This document shows, piece after piece, positions 41,243 through 54,869 of a stretch of DNA of 64,000 bases. Below the pieces are notes generated by a model that saw only the letters and a list, made by a program, of their open reading frames with translations, was not told where the DNA came from and searched no databases. Position 1 is the stretch's first letter, and each line of letters opens with the position of its first letter. Source of the stretch: Octopus vulgaris (taxonomy: Eukaryota); the NCBI GenBank assembly GCA_951406725.2, contig OX597835.1, positions 11,284,001 through 11,348,000 on the forward strand, read 5' to 3'. A program made the position numbers and the translations under genes.

Positions 41243-41819
41243 ATGTTTATGCGTCTGTGTTTGTCCCCCTAGCATTGCTTAACAACCGATGCTGGTGTGT
41301 TTACGTCCCCATCAATTAGCGGTTCGGCAAAAGAGACTGATAGAATAAGTACTAGGCTTACAAAGGAAAAAGTCCCAGGGTCAATTTATTCGACTAAAGG
41401 CGGTGCTCCAGCATGGCCGCAGTCAAATGACTGAAACAAGTAACAGAGTAAAAGAGTACACTGCTGCCCACCACAACCATTACCGTTATCATCTTGTGCA
41501 AAACCAAGGTTAACGTGCTGCAAAGTTATTACAATTACCATTCCTCACAAAGTTTGTATTCCTTGCCATTGTTTATCTTATTAAACACTCAAAACATGAC
41601 AACAAAAAAGCCTTAAAATAACCCAAAATACCTCTGGCCTTTATTATTTCTTTCACTGCAAAATTATTTTTAGAATTACTTTTTGTTCTTGCTGTTGTTT
41701 ATTTTATTTTTCCGAGAGAGGAATGAAGTGAAATTTCATTATTACAATATCTATTATTTATTCTACGTTTGCTGATAACTATAGATATTATGAAGGATTT
41801 TTCTGTTCTTTTTTTTTTT

Positions 41820-41880
<61 letters not shown>

Positions 41881-42879
41881 CTTCCCTTTTGGCTGTTGGC
41901 TTCTGAAATTCATTATTAAAAGATCTGTTTTCTGTATTGTGGGGCTTTCCTTTTTGTTTTTATAAGATTTCTGCAGAAATTGCAAACTCATTCACTTCAT
42001 TTGAAAAACAAAAACAAAACAGAACAAAACAAAATAAACTAGAATAAAATAAAATAAAAATACAAAAAAAAAACCACCAAGTGAAGTAGTGAAACCATTT
42101 TTGTGGAGTGAAGTTGGATTCAACTTAATAACTCCTCAAGGTGTTTGTACTAAAAACACAAAACACCATAATTTGTGGAATTCTATGATGGCGGCTGTAC
42201 TGAATGGGTTTTGGATATGTTATTATCTTTCATGTTTGTTCTTTTGTTTTGGCATTTATTTGTTGTTTTTATATATATATTTTTTTTCTTTCTCGTAGTG
42301 GATAGAAATATTCAATGTGTGTAATTGTAAATAAGATAAGAAACATTTGTGAGGCACTGATCCGATATTCTGATAAAACATATTGGATTTGCCAATGTCT
42401 AAACAACGTCTAAACAAGTTGCTAATAGTGACTGGTCCTTGTAACGGCTGCATGCAAGAGTGAAGGTTGTTGTTGTTGTTATTGCTGTTGTTGTCACTGT
42501 GGCTACTAATGTTGTAAGTGTTGTTGTTGTAAATTAAGGTCAGCCATTCTTTACCATAATTTGGCAAGAAGAATATTCATAGCATTTACCAGGTTGTTTC
42601 AAAAGAAGTGATTCGTTAATTTAGTTGCTTTTAATTTGTTGTTGTTGTTTTTGTTGTTGTTGATTGAAGCTGAAGAATTGCACGGTTGGTAGAATGGTAG
42701 ACAAAATGTCTTATGATATTTAGTGGCAATCTTTTACATTCTTTGTTCAAATCCTCCTGGAGCCAACTTTTCCTTCTCTCTGGTGTCCATAAAACAAAGT
42801 GCCAATCAAGTATTTTGGAATTAGTTAAGTTGGCTGCATGTAATCTTTATCCAAAAAGTGTGTGCTCATGTCAGAAATC

Positions 42880-42951
<72 letters not shown>

Positions 42952-43079
42952 CTGTTTATTTATTTATTTATTTTTTATTATTATTATTATTATTGTTATT
43001 ATTATTATTATTATTATTACTACTACTATTATTATTATTATTATCTCTTTATTTATTTATTTATTTTTTATTATTATTA

Positions 43080-43124
<45 letters not shown>

Positions 43125-43454
43125 TATGTTTGACTTTTGCTTTATGTCTGTACAAGTTGGCTCCAAGTCTCACCCAGAGACCTCAAGAGACAACAGGTTG
43201 GAAGTTTACTATTATTATTATTATTATTATTATTATTATCATTAAGGTGGCAAATTGGCAGAATTGTTAATACTCTAGGCAAAATGCTTAGCGGCATTTC
43301 ATCCATCTTCATGTTCTGGGTTCTAATTCCACCTAGGTCGAATTTGCCTTTCATTCGGTGTCAGTAAAATAAGTACCAGTTACGCACCGGGGTTGATGTT
43401 ATCAACTTACCCCTTCCCTGAAATTGCTGGCCTTGTGCCAAAATTTGAAATTAC

Positions 43455-43940
43455 CATTCAATAGTCTTATTTTTATCCCATGCTTTCTGAGTGCAGCTCT
43501 GTGTGCCTTGGGTGTGTACTGTTGTTTGTTGTGGTGCTCTTATTTTCACTGTATTGAAAGTGTTTTATGTGGGATGTTTGCGGTGCCTAGTGGTGCTATT
43601 TTCTGTATGTTGTATATACTTGTTAGTCTTGGTATTGTTGTTATGTATTTGTATGTTTGTAATTGTATCTAATGCACCTATTTATTATAAGGATTGTTTC
43701 TGTTTTTAGGTTCAACATTTGGGTTACCTCTATTTCGAGATCTTTGTATTTTGAGAGTTTTATTCATTTTCTTTAGAAATAAATTGTTATTGGTTGAGAT
43801 TGTTACATCAAGGTGAAGGTCTTTTTTTTGCGTTGGTGTGTATTGGTATATCCCTGAGTATAATTGCTTTGTTATTCTCCGGGACTTTCTCTGGGATATG
43901 CCTACATCATCTTTTTTTCTGTTATCATTCCATAGTGTTG
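43455..43940 (-). mobile_element. Decayed R4/Dong-type endonuclease fragment
   Basis: Broken frames KLSKYKDLEIEVTQMLNLKTETILII.IGAL...IQKIAPLGTANIPHKTLSIQ*. Confidence 0.75.
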
Positions 43941-44679
43941 GCCTAGCTTCAAGTGTATATAGGTCCCAATTCAGTCTGGGCAGCTAGAGACAATGCAAAT
44001 TATTGTTTCTTCCCCACCAGCACTATTCCTGGGTGGTTTGTGAGGGTAGAACCCTCAGGCAACTCTTTGATAGGACCCTACTAGAAGCAGACATCATTAG
44101 ACTTTCTGGATGGATTCTCAAGTATAACTAACAGAAGCTTCCTCATTCTTGCTCTACCTGTAGGTTTTGTACCAATCGGCTTGGCTTGAAGAATCAATCT
44201 TGCCATTCTTTCCAGAGGTACTCTAATAATATGTCCAGAGTACAAGAGCTGTGGCCTCTCAATGCAGAAAAGTGGCAGCTCAAACCAAATCGATTCTCTG
44301 ATCTCTGAGTCATGTGTCTCCAGAGATCAAGACACACACACACAAAAAGTGGCCAGCTTCTGTAATATAAAAGACCCAAACACATTTCCTATGCAGTTCT
44401 TCTTATTCTCCAGAATATTCTTGGACAGTTTGATTCAATGAAATTTTCATTAGGCAGTAATTACACTGGAGTTGGAATTGGTAAAAGACCTCAATCTTTT
44501 CCCCATTTACATTAATCCTTTACCAAAATATAAAATTGCTCTTGATTTAAAATCCTGCCAATAACTAAATCATTCCTTCCTTTCTGTAGAAACTGCAAAA
44601 CAGTTAAGCATGTGTGTGTATGTGTGTGTGTGTGTATTTGTATTTGTGTAGATTTATATGTTTGTGTATTATGTGTGTT

Positions 44680-44735
<56 letters not shown>

Positions 44736-46637
44736 ATTGTATGTGTGTGTTTGTGTATTTGTTTAAAACAGATCTGTACGTTTTCACATTATATTGTATA
44801 TGTATTTGTGTGTGTATGTATAGAAGTTTGTCTGTTATGTGTGTATATATTTGTTTTTCATGGATGTATACATTTCTGTGTTGCATGCATGTATATATGT
44901 GTTACATGCACATATATATGTGCTTGTATGGATGGATGTGTGTGTATATATATAAATGTGTGTGTGTGTATATACACACATATATAGTTGCATGTTTGTA
45001 CATGTGCGCATGTGCATTTGTATTCATTTGTATTACATATATACACCTATATATGCATGTATGTTTGTGTAATTTCATGTGTATGTGTATGCTTGTAAGG
45101 ACGTGTGTTGGTTTACTGAGGAATCTGTATAATTTTCCTTCTTACTGTATGTGTCATATTCAAAGTGAATATTAAGACGAGTAGAATTAAAGTGTGTGTA
45201 CATGTGTATATGTTGGAGGTGGGGTTGCATGTGTATATATGTGCAGTGTTGTGTGTGTATGTGGTTGTTAGAGTTTGTATGTAAAATGGCAGGTATTCAA
45301 TAGAAATGTGTAAGTTTTGTGTTGGGTTAATGAATGAAAAGAAATATATATTCGACAGAAGTTTGTAGAATTTACCATATACATACCATTTTGTTGCTGG
45401 TGGTATGCACATTATGGCTAGATAGTTAAGAATGTTTCTACACAATCATGGGATCCTGGTTCCCATCCCACCATGGGACATCTTATGCAAATGTTATTTT
45501 ATATAATCTTAAGTCAAATCTTTGCTTTGTGAGTGAAATTGGTTGGAAGGAAACTGTACAGAAGCCTATTATGTCTTTCTATAACAATATAAATAATGGG
45601 ACACCTGAGTGGTTAATAAGGTCACTTCATAGGCAGAGGGTCCTGGGTTCAATTCCACTGTGTGGCATCTTGGTCTAATGTCATTTTCTTTAGCCTCAGA
45701 TCAACCTATACCTTATGAGTGAGATTGGAAATATGGAAACTGCATTGAATCATGTCAGGTGATTTGTACCTGTAATTCAAAAGGTACAGCTTTGTCACAC
45801 ACTGTGCCACATTAATTCTTCAAACCTTCTCTAATCTTTCACAACTATTACCTACCTCCTTCTTCCTCTTTCCCTAACTCTTCCTTCACCCCATTCTCTT
45901 GCAAACGTCCATTCTCAAGGCTATTGTTGGGCTGAGGCTTGTGGAGAAGTCATTCGTCCAAGGTGCCAAGCAGTGGGACTGAACCTGGAACCATATGGTT
46001 GGGAAGTAAATTTCTTATCACACAGCCAGGCCTGCCCCTATATGTGTATGTGTACAATAAAAATGTATACAAAACAACATTGCTTCTTGAAGAATATCAA
46101 AAAATAGCACATAATTGCCAAAGAGAAGAAGATTTTTTCTTTTTTTGATATAAAGAATCTACAGTGTGTTGCTATTAATGGTAATCTGTTCTATATATTA
46201 GACTGTATGTAATAAAAACATTTACTGTTGTTGTTGTTTTTTTTTACTAATTATAGACAATAATTGCTTCAGAACATTTCTGATTCCACCTAAAAGTTAT
46301 TCCTTAAAAAAGAACTTGATTTCTGAAACAAAACACTAAACTGTACTTTCTTTAAAAGTACAACATTTTAATGAAAAATGAATTTTTTTCAATGGCCTTT
46401 GTTGTGCTGGGATTGCTACAGGCCTCCAATGTACCAAAAATTTTAATTATGATTTGGTTATATCCAAGACAACAGAGATAAGAGTTGTTATTTTCTTAAA
46501 AATAGATTTAATTTTGGGGTTTAGTAGGGAAAATATTTTTTCTATTTATCTATTTATTGTCTTATATTTATTTTTATATTTATTAGAAAAATCATTTTTG
46601 GAATTATTCATATGATTATTTATATTTCTTCAATATT

Positions 46638-47998
46638 TCAGGTTGAGTAAAAAGTAAGCAACGTTTTGAACCATGAAGAATTTGTAAGCAGATTTTTGCA
46701 GAGTTTTGAATTTTTTAAACATTTTTTTGTTTTTGCAATTGTCTGATAATACGGACATAGACTTGCCCAAATGCATCAGTAAATTAACACTGATGTTTTT
46801 TTACCGTTGTTACAATCATCTAAAATGGAACGGTCAAGGCTCGATATTCAAGTAATTTTGCTATTCAACTTCAAAAATGGATGTAAAGCAGCTGAAACTG
46901 CTCATGATGTCAACAAAACATTTGGTGAGGAAATGACCAGTGAGTGGTCATCTTGAAAATGGTTTAAATGATTTCACATACCCATCTGTCATCGATGACG
47001 GTCAATTAAAGACCGTCATTGAGAAGGATCCATGTAAAACCACTCAAGAACTGGCAAAAGAACTTCACGTTAGCCAGAAAACTGCCTGCAACCATTTGCA
47101 TGTGATTGGAAGATCAAAAAAGCTCGACAAATGGGTACTACACGATTTGAATGAAAATCAGAAAATGCACGGAGATGAAATTTGCTTGTCGCTTCTTTGT
47201 AACCAGGCCAGTCAATTTCTTGACCGTATTGTAACTTGCGATGAAAAGTGGATTCTTAACAATAATAAAAAACGTTTTCCACTGTGGTTGGACCAAAATG
47301 AAGCACTGTAAACTTTCCCTAAATCTGAGCTCTTTAAAAAGAAGGTTATGGTGACTGTTTGGTGGTGTACTGCTGGACTCAGCCACTATAACTTCTTAAG
47401 CCCGGAAAAACCATTACTGCAGAAATATATTGCCATGAAACTGCCAAAAAGAACAAAAAACTGCTACTCCTCCGTCTCAAACTGGTCGAACAGAAGAGAG
47501 TCAATCACTCTTCATGATAATACTTGACTACATGTTTCACTAATGATGCTCCAGAAGTTGAGGGAACTTGTCTAAGAAAGAGACAATGTTGTTGTTGACA
47601 GAGAAATAGAGTAAGAGAGAAAGAGAGAGAGAGTGTGTATGTGTGATAGATAAATAGATAGGTAGTGTTGTCACTGAAGTAACTGACAAGTTCTTCCCCA
47701 CCCAGCTTATTCTCCAGACCTTTCTCCAACCAGTTACCACTTTTTCAAGCACCTTGATGGTTTCCTGCAAGAGAAGAAGTTCAAAAATCAAACTGGTGCT
47801 GAAAGTATGTTCAAAGAGTTCATCAGCCCCAGAACTCCAGACTTTTATGTTACTGGAATAAATAAAAACTTGTAACTCGTTGGAGAAAATGTTTTGATTG
47901 TGATGGTACAGACTTTGATGAATAAAATTTCTGCATCATTGAAGAAATTGTGATGAATTTAATGTTTCAAAACGTTGCTTACTTTTTACTCAGCTTGG
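46638..47998 (+). mobile_element. Near full-length defective mariner (Mos1/Hsmar1-like DD34D) transposon
   Basis: ~33 bp TIRs (tgagtaaaaagtaagcaacgttttgaa); ATG 46825 to TAA 47925 with stops and frameshifts; motifs WVLHDL, RIVTCDEKW, KKVMVTVWW, LHDN, HPAYSPDLSPT.YHFF. Confidence 0.93.
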
Positions 47999-48096
47999 TA
48001 CAGAGATAGTTTAACAAGTGATTTTATATTTTAGTTCATTCACACACACACACACACATACTCACACACACACACACATATACATGCATACATATA

Positions 48097-48227
48097 CAGG
48101 GTGTCCCAAAAAAATGTATACACATAGTGGTTCGGCAAAAGAGAACGATAGAATAAGTACTAGGCTTACAAAGAAGAACAAATTTACAATTATTTAAGGT
48201 GTGTATACATTTTTTGGGGACACCCTG
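48097..48227. mobile_element. Tc1/mariner-type MITE containing a SINE A fragment
   Basis: TA|CAGGGTGTCCCAAAAAAATGTATACAC ... GTGTATACATTTTTTGGGGACACCCTG; interior ggttcggcaaaagagaacgatagaataagtactaggcttacaaag. Confidence 0.8.
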
Positions 48228-48530
48228 TTTATACATGAATGCAGGCAAACTCTCATGCATATATACGTTGATAGTAATGAATATGAGAGAAAATGGTAAT
48301 TGCCAATCTTCCAGAATTTGCTAGTGAAACATGTGTAAAGATTATGTATTTTTTTAATTTTATACTATAAAAGAGAAGCAAATCTCAGTCCGTTTGTTCA
48401 TCACAACATTGATTAAAGGAAAGGAAAGAAGGGAGGAATCAAAATATACATAGCAATGTATTTTTAGAAGAAAGAGACAATGTTGTTGTTGACAGAGAAA
48501 TAGAGTAAGAGAGAAAGAGAGAGTGTGTAT

Positions 48531-48568
<38 letters not shown>

Positions 48569-48610
48569 GGGAGGGAGAGATAGATAGATAGATAGATAGA
48601 GGGAGAGATG

Positions 48611-48660
<50 letters not shown>

Positions 48661-49109
48661 GATAGATAGATAGATAGATAGATAGGTAGTGTTGTCACTG
48701 AAGTAACTGACAAGTTTTGATTTAAAACACATGAATTTTATGTGCAAGTCTGTCAACACAATGCAAAACATTTCAAAAAAGACTACATGTAGTCTTTATA
48801 TATTTATATATTATATATAATTATTTGGGGGGATTATTTATGTGTGTATATTTCTGTGTGTGTGCACATGTGTGCATGCTCATGCATGTGTTTCAATGTC
48901 TTTCAACATATAGACAATACAACACAGACTTTAAAAAGACTTTCACTGAACAATTTATGAAGGTACGTGCATAAATAACAAATATTTTTACTGGCAGCAC
49001 AGTGACAGGTAACGACTTAGTCATAATAAAAAAATAAACTAAATCTATTTTATTCAGCTCTTGTGTGTATTTGTGTTTATATATATATATTCACTTTGTG
49101 TATTTTTAG

Positions 49110-49180
49110 GGCGATTTCACACGAACTGGAGAACGCAAGCTGTCAGGTCTAATGAAAGATGGCGTCAATTCTGCCAACAG
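49110..49180 (+). CDS. INPP5F: Next coding exon of SAC2/INPP5F
   Basis: tatttttag acceptor, 71 nt, ag|gtaaac donor. Translates GDFTRTGERKLSGLMKDGVNSAN(R), the direct in-frame continuation of ...AGTAALK in SAC2 proteins. Too short to appear in the ORF track. Confidence 0.95.
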
Positions 49181-49289
49181 GTAAACAATATTCTTTCATC
49201 TCTTAAACTGTAAATATTCTTTATCTTTTACTTGTTCCAAAATAAAGAATTCATTTCTAACCATTTACCAAAATCAAATCAGATATCAG

Positions 49290-49913
49290 AAAGCAGAACC
49301 AAAATCGAAGTCGATCAACATCAATGGAAATTGTGGCTGTGATACCAGTGCCGGTGACAAGTAAGCGAACCATCCGATTGTGGCCAGCGCCGCCCCGACT
49401 GGCCTCCGTGCCGGTGGCACGTAAAAGCACCATCCGTTCGTGTCCGTTGCCAGCCTCGCCTGGCCCCCGTGCCGGTGGCACGTAAAAGCACCATCCGTTC
49501 ATGGCCATTGCCAGCCTCGCCTGGCCCCCCTGCCGGTGGCACATAAAAAGCACCATCCATTCGTGGCCGTTGCCAGCTCCGCCCCGACTGGCCCCCATGC
49601 CGGTGGCACGTAAAAGCACCATCCGTTCGTGTCCGTTGCCAGCCTCGCCTGGCCCACGTGCCGGTGGCACTTTAAAAGCACCAACCGTTCGTGGCCATTT
49701 GCCAGCACCGTCTGGCGTCTGTGCGGGTGGCACGTAAAAAGCACCCACTACACTCGTAGAGTGGTTGGTGTTAGGAAGGGCATCCAGCCGTAGAAACATT
49801 GCCAGATCAGACTGGGCCTGGTACAGCCTTCTGGCTTCTCAGACCCCAGTTGAACCGTCCAACCCATGCTAGCATGGAAAGCGGACACTAAACGATGATG
49901 ATGATGATGATGA
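49290..49913 (+). mobile_element. SINE-like family C with ~6-7 internal ~60 bp repeats
   Basis: Repeated gccggtggcacgtaaaagcaccatccgttcgt..ccgttgccagc; (GAT)n tail. Confidence 0.88.
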
Positions 49914-50299
49914 TTTACATTTATCATTTAAACACCACTTGATTCTTCTGCTATAGAATCAAGCACTACTTGCTCAAAGTAGACGTGGATTGTAGTATTG
50001 GAAACATTATCCACATGCACGCATGCATGCACACACACACACACACACACATTTTAGTAGAATACCAGGTATTGTCTTATTTGATGATTTTCTTGCTGTG
50101 ATGTAAATATATCAATAATGTGGTAGGGGGGGACATGTGGTATAGTGGTTAAGCTGCTGGACTTATGATCATAATGATTGCAGGTTCAATTCCTGGACTT
50201 GGCAGTGCATTATGGCCTTAAAGAACGTGTTTCATTTCATGTTGTTCCCATGCCATTATCATCTGGTTGAACTTGCTCAGACATTTTTAACCTGCTCAT

Positions 50300-50880
50300 G
50301 CCATCTATCTCAGTCCTGCATTAGTTGAGGCAGGTCTTTGAGGAGGCGTCCACTGTCTCTGGTAACTTGATCTACATACATTGTGTTCAGACAATCTACA
50401 TATATTATGTTCAGACATCGTGTTCATTTCAGTTATTCTTTGGCAACCATAGCTGTAGGTCACATTCCAGCTCCTGTTTAGCTCACCAGCAATGTCCTGC
50501 AAAGTGCAAGTGGAATCAGGCGGGAGATCTCTAAACAGCTGTTTCTTGGAAGGAGGAGTTCTCCAAGATATATTTAATACTGCTCTTAACACTCAGGTAT
50601 AACTTCCATCCAACTTGAATTCCAGTTTTTTGCTAAACTTCCAAGTTGTTGCTCCTTTTAAAAGGACTGACCCTACCATTGTATGCAAAAAAATTCCTCA
50701 TAAGGTCGTCTGACAGGTTGACGTCCAGACAATCTCCAGTTTACTTTGGCTGTCCAAGTTTTTATGTCCTTTTCAGTTGAGGCTGTCTCTGAATCAAGGT
50801 ATGTCACATCATTAACTTGATTGATGGGGGTCTTTGCTGATGTTGGTGATGGATCCTTTTTGATTGTAATCGGTTGAAAA
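50300..50880 (-). mobile_element. Decayed RTE-X-like LINE RT fragment
   Basis: KLDGSYT.VLRAVLNISWRTPPSKKQLFRDLPP, related to 9930-10232. Confidence 0.7.
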
Positions 50881-51612
50881 TATCTACTAATTTAGTACCA
50901 ATTTCCTTCTTCCAGCTGTTATATCGTTAATGTCCTATCAGGGAATAAGACGGCAGAGTTAAGTGGGTGTCTAAATCTACCTCAATTACACAGGTACCTA
51001 AAACATAAAGTACGGTACACATTACCAAATCATACTGTTATTCAATGGTTGTTAGATGAACAACAACTGACTGGAATGGTAGACTTTCTCATTGAATATT
51101 TCCGTGTTTCTCTTGCGTCTTTGAAGTTCAACCGAAGCTGCTACTGACTTTTATTGACTTTTATTCTTGAAGGATCAATAATGTAAAGATTGATTAAGCT
51201 TCACACATCATCTGCTAAATCTGACATCATAGATTAACAAAATGCATATTTTTTTATCTTTTATTTATTTCTATCATCAAATTGCTGTCATGCAGGGGGT
51301 GCCACCTTGAAGAACTTTTTCTTAAACGAATCAACCCCAGTCCTTTTTTTTTAAGCCTGATATATATTGTATTGATCTTTAACTTAAGGGGACATAAACA
51401 CATATTGTATTGATCTCTAACTTAAGGGGACATAAACACATATTGTATTGATCTCTAACCTAAGGGGACACAAACACACTAAGATCGGTTGTCAAGCAGT
51501 GGTGGGAGATAAACACAAACACAAAACACACACAAACACACATAACAGGCTTCTTTCAGTTTCCATCTACCAATTTCATTCACAAATTCTTCGTCAGCCT
51601 GAGGCTATAGAA

Positions 51613-51831
51613 CAGTGCTTTACAAACTTTTTGCTGGAGCGGAACCCCAAGGAAACATTCCACTGGCTCGAGGAACCCCTGTGCAATAATTTAATAGTTT
51701 TATGCACACATATCTGCACAGGAGAATTAAAAATTACTGCCGATTTTAGTAGTTTTGTAATGTCTTGCGGAACCCCCAGACTGTACTGGCAGAACCCTAA
51801 GGTTCTGCGGAACCCTGGTTGAAAACCACTG
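51613..51831. mobile_element. hAT-type MITE inserted into a minus-strand SINE A
   Basis: TIRs CAGTGCTTTACAA / TTGAAAACCACTG; 8 bp TSD ctatagaa at 51605-51612 and 51832-51839. Confidence 0.9.
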
Positions 51832-52756
51832 CTATAGAAGAAGACATTTGCTCAAGACACCATGAAGTGGAACTGAGTTTCTGATAATCTCTGCAACTTA
51901 ATAATTGAAGGAATTAAGAAAGACACATCCAACAAATAGCTTCCTCCTCTTCACAACATCTTCCCTTCACAGACTTTCCATAACTTCTTTGTGACCTTCA
52001 CTCTCCAGGAAATTCTCTGTATTATTCTTCAGCAGCGTCTATGAAAGACATTGAGTTTGTTTCAAAAGCCCGTTGGACTTCTCTTTGTCTCCCTAACACA
52101 ATCATCTATTTGTTCCATAATGGTCATGTGGAAATATAATCTCACCTCGAAGACAAACGTTTTGAACCAAACAGGATGAAGTTGCTGGATAATTGCTACA
52201 GCCTCCCCCCAGTGTCATCCACACACAAACACACCAACTTCTGCATCACCATTATCAGAAATATTCTAAGACAAAAGTTTTGTGATGTCCTCTAAATTCT
52301 TATTTTCCAATTTTGTTAAGAGTGTGTGGGGTAAATTCGAGGACTGAATTAATTTTGGTTTCTTTCATAGTTTATACAAAGACCAACATCGTTCAAATTT
52401 GCCTTTCAAGGAGGTATTATTTCTCATACAACCACTATCCATTACTTAAACAATGCTTTCCCATTAGCAGAATGCAAGAATCCCAGTTTGCCTTCTTTCT
52501 ATTTCATTGCATTCTGTGGATTACTCATGGCCTTCATAATCATGTCAACACAGATGAGAAATCGGAAAAAGGTTAAGAGAATAGAGAACTGACAGTAACT
52601 TACCAAACAATTCTGTGTTCCTATTTTGTGTTTTGATGTGATAGAAATGAGGATCATTCTGGAATTTGAAGATGTTACTAAATTTCTGGCATAAGTTGTG
52701 CACTCTTCCACTGAGAATTCTTGTAAATATCACTAAAGACTTATGTGCTAACCTTG

Positions 52757-53114
52757 GATCGTAGAGTGACCCGCTGGTCTTGAGGAGACCTATTGAGTCA
52801 AGTACGTTAACACCAACATCAAAATGAAAATCAAATGGAAATTGTAGTTAAGATACCTGTGCCGGTGACACGTTAAAAGCAGCATCCAAACGTGGCCGTT
52901 GCCAGCGCCGTCTGACTGGCGTCCATGTCGGTGACACGTAAAAGCACCAACCGATCGTGGCCGTTTGCCAGCCTCATCTGGCCCCTGTGCCAGTGGCACT
53001 TAAAAAGCAGCCACTATACTCACAGAGTGGTTGGTGTTAGGAAGGGCATCCAGCTGTAGAAACACTGCCAGATCAGACTAGGGCCTGGTGCAGCCTCCTG
53101 GCTTCCCAGACCCC
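52757..53114 (+). mobile_element. SINE-like family C (3'-truncated)
   Basis: Homologous to 49290-49913. Confidence 0.8.
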
Positions 53115-53433
53115 TTTACACAGGGCAGTGGTTGCATTTTATTATGTTGCCATTGCCTTGTATCCTGCATGACAAAAGCATCTTCACCCCTCGATGTTGT
53201 CATCATTTGTGTTTGGCAATTTGTGATTAATAAAAAGAGTAGAAAAGAAACCAATGCGACATTTGCAGAATGTGAAGTGAGATAAGAAGGAGAAAAAGAT
53301 GCAAGCATTGAAAGGGTGGGTAGACTTGTAGTGTAATGGATGAAGAGGACAACAGAAGGAGAAGGAGAAAGAAATACAAACAGGTCTTACCTCGGTGAAG
53401 ATCAGAGGTCTCTTACGAATTCAACACGTCCTG

Positions 53434-53513
53434 TCGCTTCCTCGTCTATGCTCGAACTGCCTGCTTCCTCGTCTATGCTCGAACTGCCTGCTTCCTCGTC
53501 TATGCTCGAACCT
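53434..53513. repeat. 27 bp tandem repeat x3
   Basis: gcttcctcgtctatgctcgaac(tgcct) repeated. Confidence 0.9.
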
Positions 53514-53519
53514 CGATCA

Positions 53520-54210
53520 CCACACGTGTGTCCAGCTTGACCGCTTCCGCTTCCCCCCACACATGCACCCTCCAGTCTTCCACCGGCCCCTGCAAGCCCT
53601 ACTTCCGCCCACCTCATCTGTCGTCCTCTCCACCGACACCACAAGCTCCCATAACACCAACTGCCAACACCACATGACTAAAGATGGGGAAGAGGTGCAA
53701 TAGAATGGAAGAGAACAGAGAGGGTGATAAGAAGGACAAAGAGAGAAAGAGATACGAGGGAGTGATGGAGGGTTGAGAAAATGACGAAAGGTGAAAAGTG
53801 TGATGGTTGTCAATAATGTGTGAACTGGAAGAAAGGGATGGAGAAACTGGTAAGCTAAAAGAATGGTGCAGTGATGCTCAGTGGTGAGGGAGGGGCCAAA
53901 TGGTTGCTAATTGTGATGTTGACAGAGGGGATGTCAATGAGGGAGTGGCCTAACAAGGGGTAATTCCTGGCAAGCCGTGAAAGGGAGTCGATCAGATGCC
54001 AGCTGATATGAAGCAATAAAATCCGATTCAGACTGTGATGACTTCTCTGACTCTTGCAAGATATTGATGAGTAAGAACAACGAAAAAATGTCATATTGAA
54101 ACTCTGGAAAGGTGACCATGGAAACAGAACTTATATCACTTTGATGATGAGAGAGGAGTGAAAACTGGTTTCTGTCATGAAGAGAAATTTAAGAGAGAAT
54201 ATAACTTGAA
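53520..54210 (-). mobile_element. Probable old APE-endonuclease LINE remnant
   Basis: LKFLFMTETSF resembles an APE motif; GC-richer island; remainder heavily decayed. Confidence 0.35.
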
Positions 54211-54480
54211 CAACACATTCGTAATGGAAATTAACAAAGAAAATCCATATGCGAAAGCATTGCAACAATCAGATATGAATTAAAAATACCGAAGACACAA
54301 ACCATTGTTTAATTCTTTAAAAATAAACAGAAACAATAACAGAATAGCGAAGACATTCAAAAATTGTGGACAATTATTTTTTTTTCAACAAATTAAATTT
54401 CCTGAAAAATACAGAAACAATTGTGTTTAAGAAACCCCTCAAGATTCAGAAAATCTATGTCTAAGAAATGTGAAATTCAA

Positions 54481-54867
54481 GTGTGGTAAGTAGCTTGTTT
54501 ACCAACCACATGGTTCCGGGTTCAGTCCCACTGCGTGGCACCTTGGGCAAGTGTCTTCTACTAAGCCTCGGGCCGACCAAAGCCTTGTGAGTGGATTTGG
54601 TAGACGGAAACTGAAAGAAACCTGTTGTATATATGTATATATATATATGTATGTGTGTGTGTTTGTGTGTCTGTGTTTGTTCCCCCTAGCATTGCTTGAC
54701 AACCGATGCTGGTGTGTTTATGTCCCCGTTACTTAGCGGTTCGGCAAAAGAGCCCGATAGAATAAGTACTGGGCTTACAAAAGAATAAGTCCCGGGGTCG
54801 AGTTTCTCGATTAAAGGCGGTGCTCCAGCATGGCCGCAGTCAAATGACTGAAACAAGTAAAAGAGTA
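54481..54867 (+). mobile_element. SINE family A
   Basis: Colinear with other copies. Confidence 0.9.
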
Positions 54868-54869
54868 TA

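Noticed and set aside
46825-47925. Functional or domesticated mariner transposase
   Set aside because: Multiple stops, frameshifts, a deletion and a 119 bp insertion.
49340-49750. CRISPR-like repeat/spacer appearance of gccggtggcacgtaaaagcacc units
   Set aside because: The 'spacers' are homologous to one another, the array sits inside a dispersed eukaryotic retroposon, and there are no cas genes.
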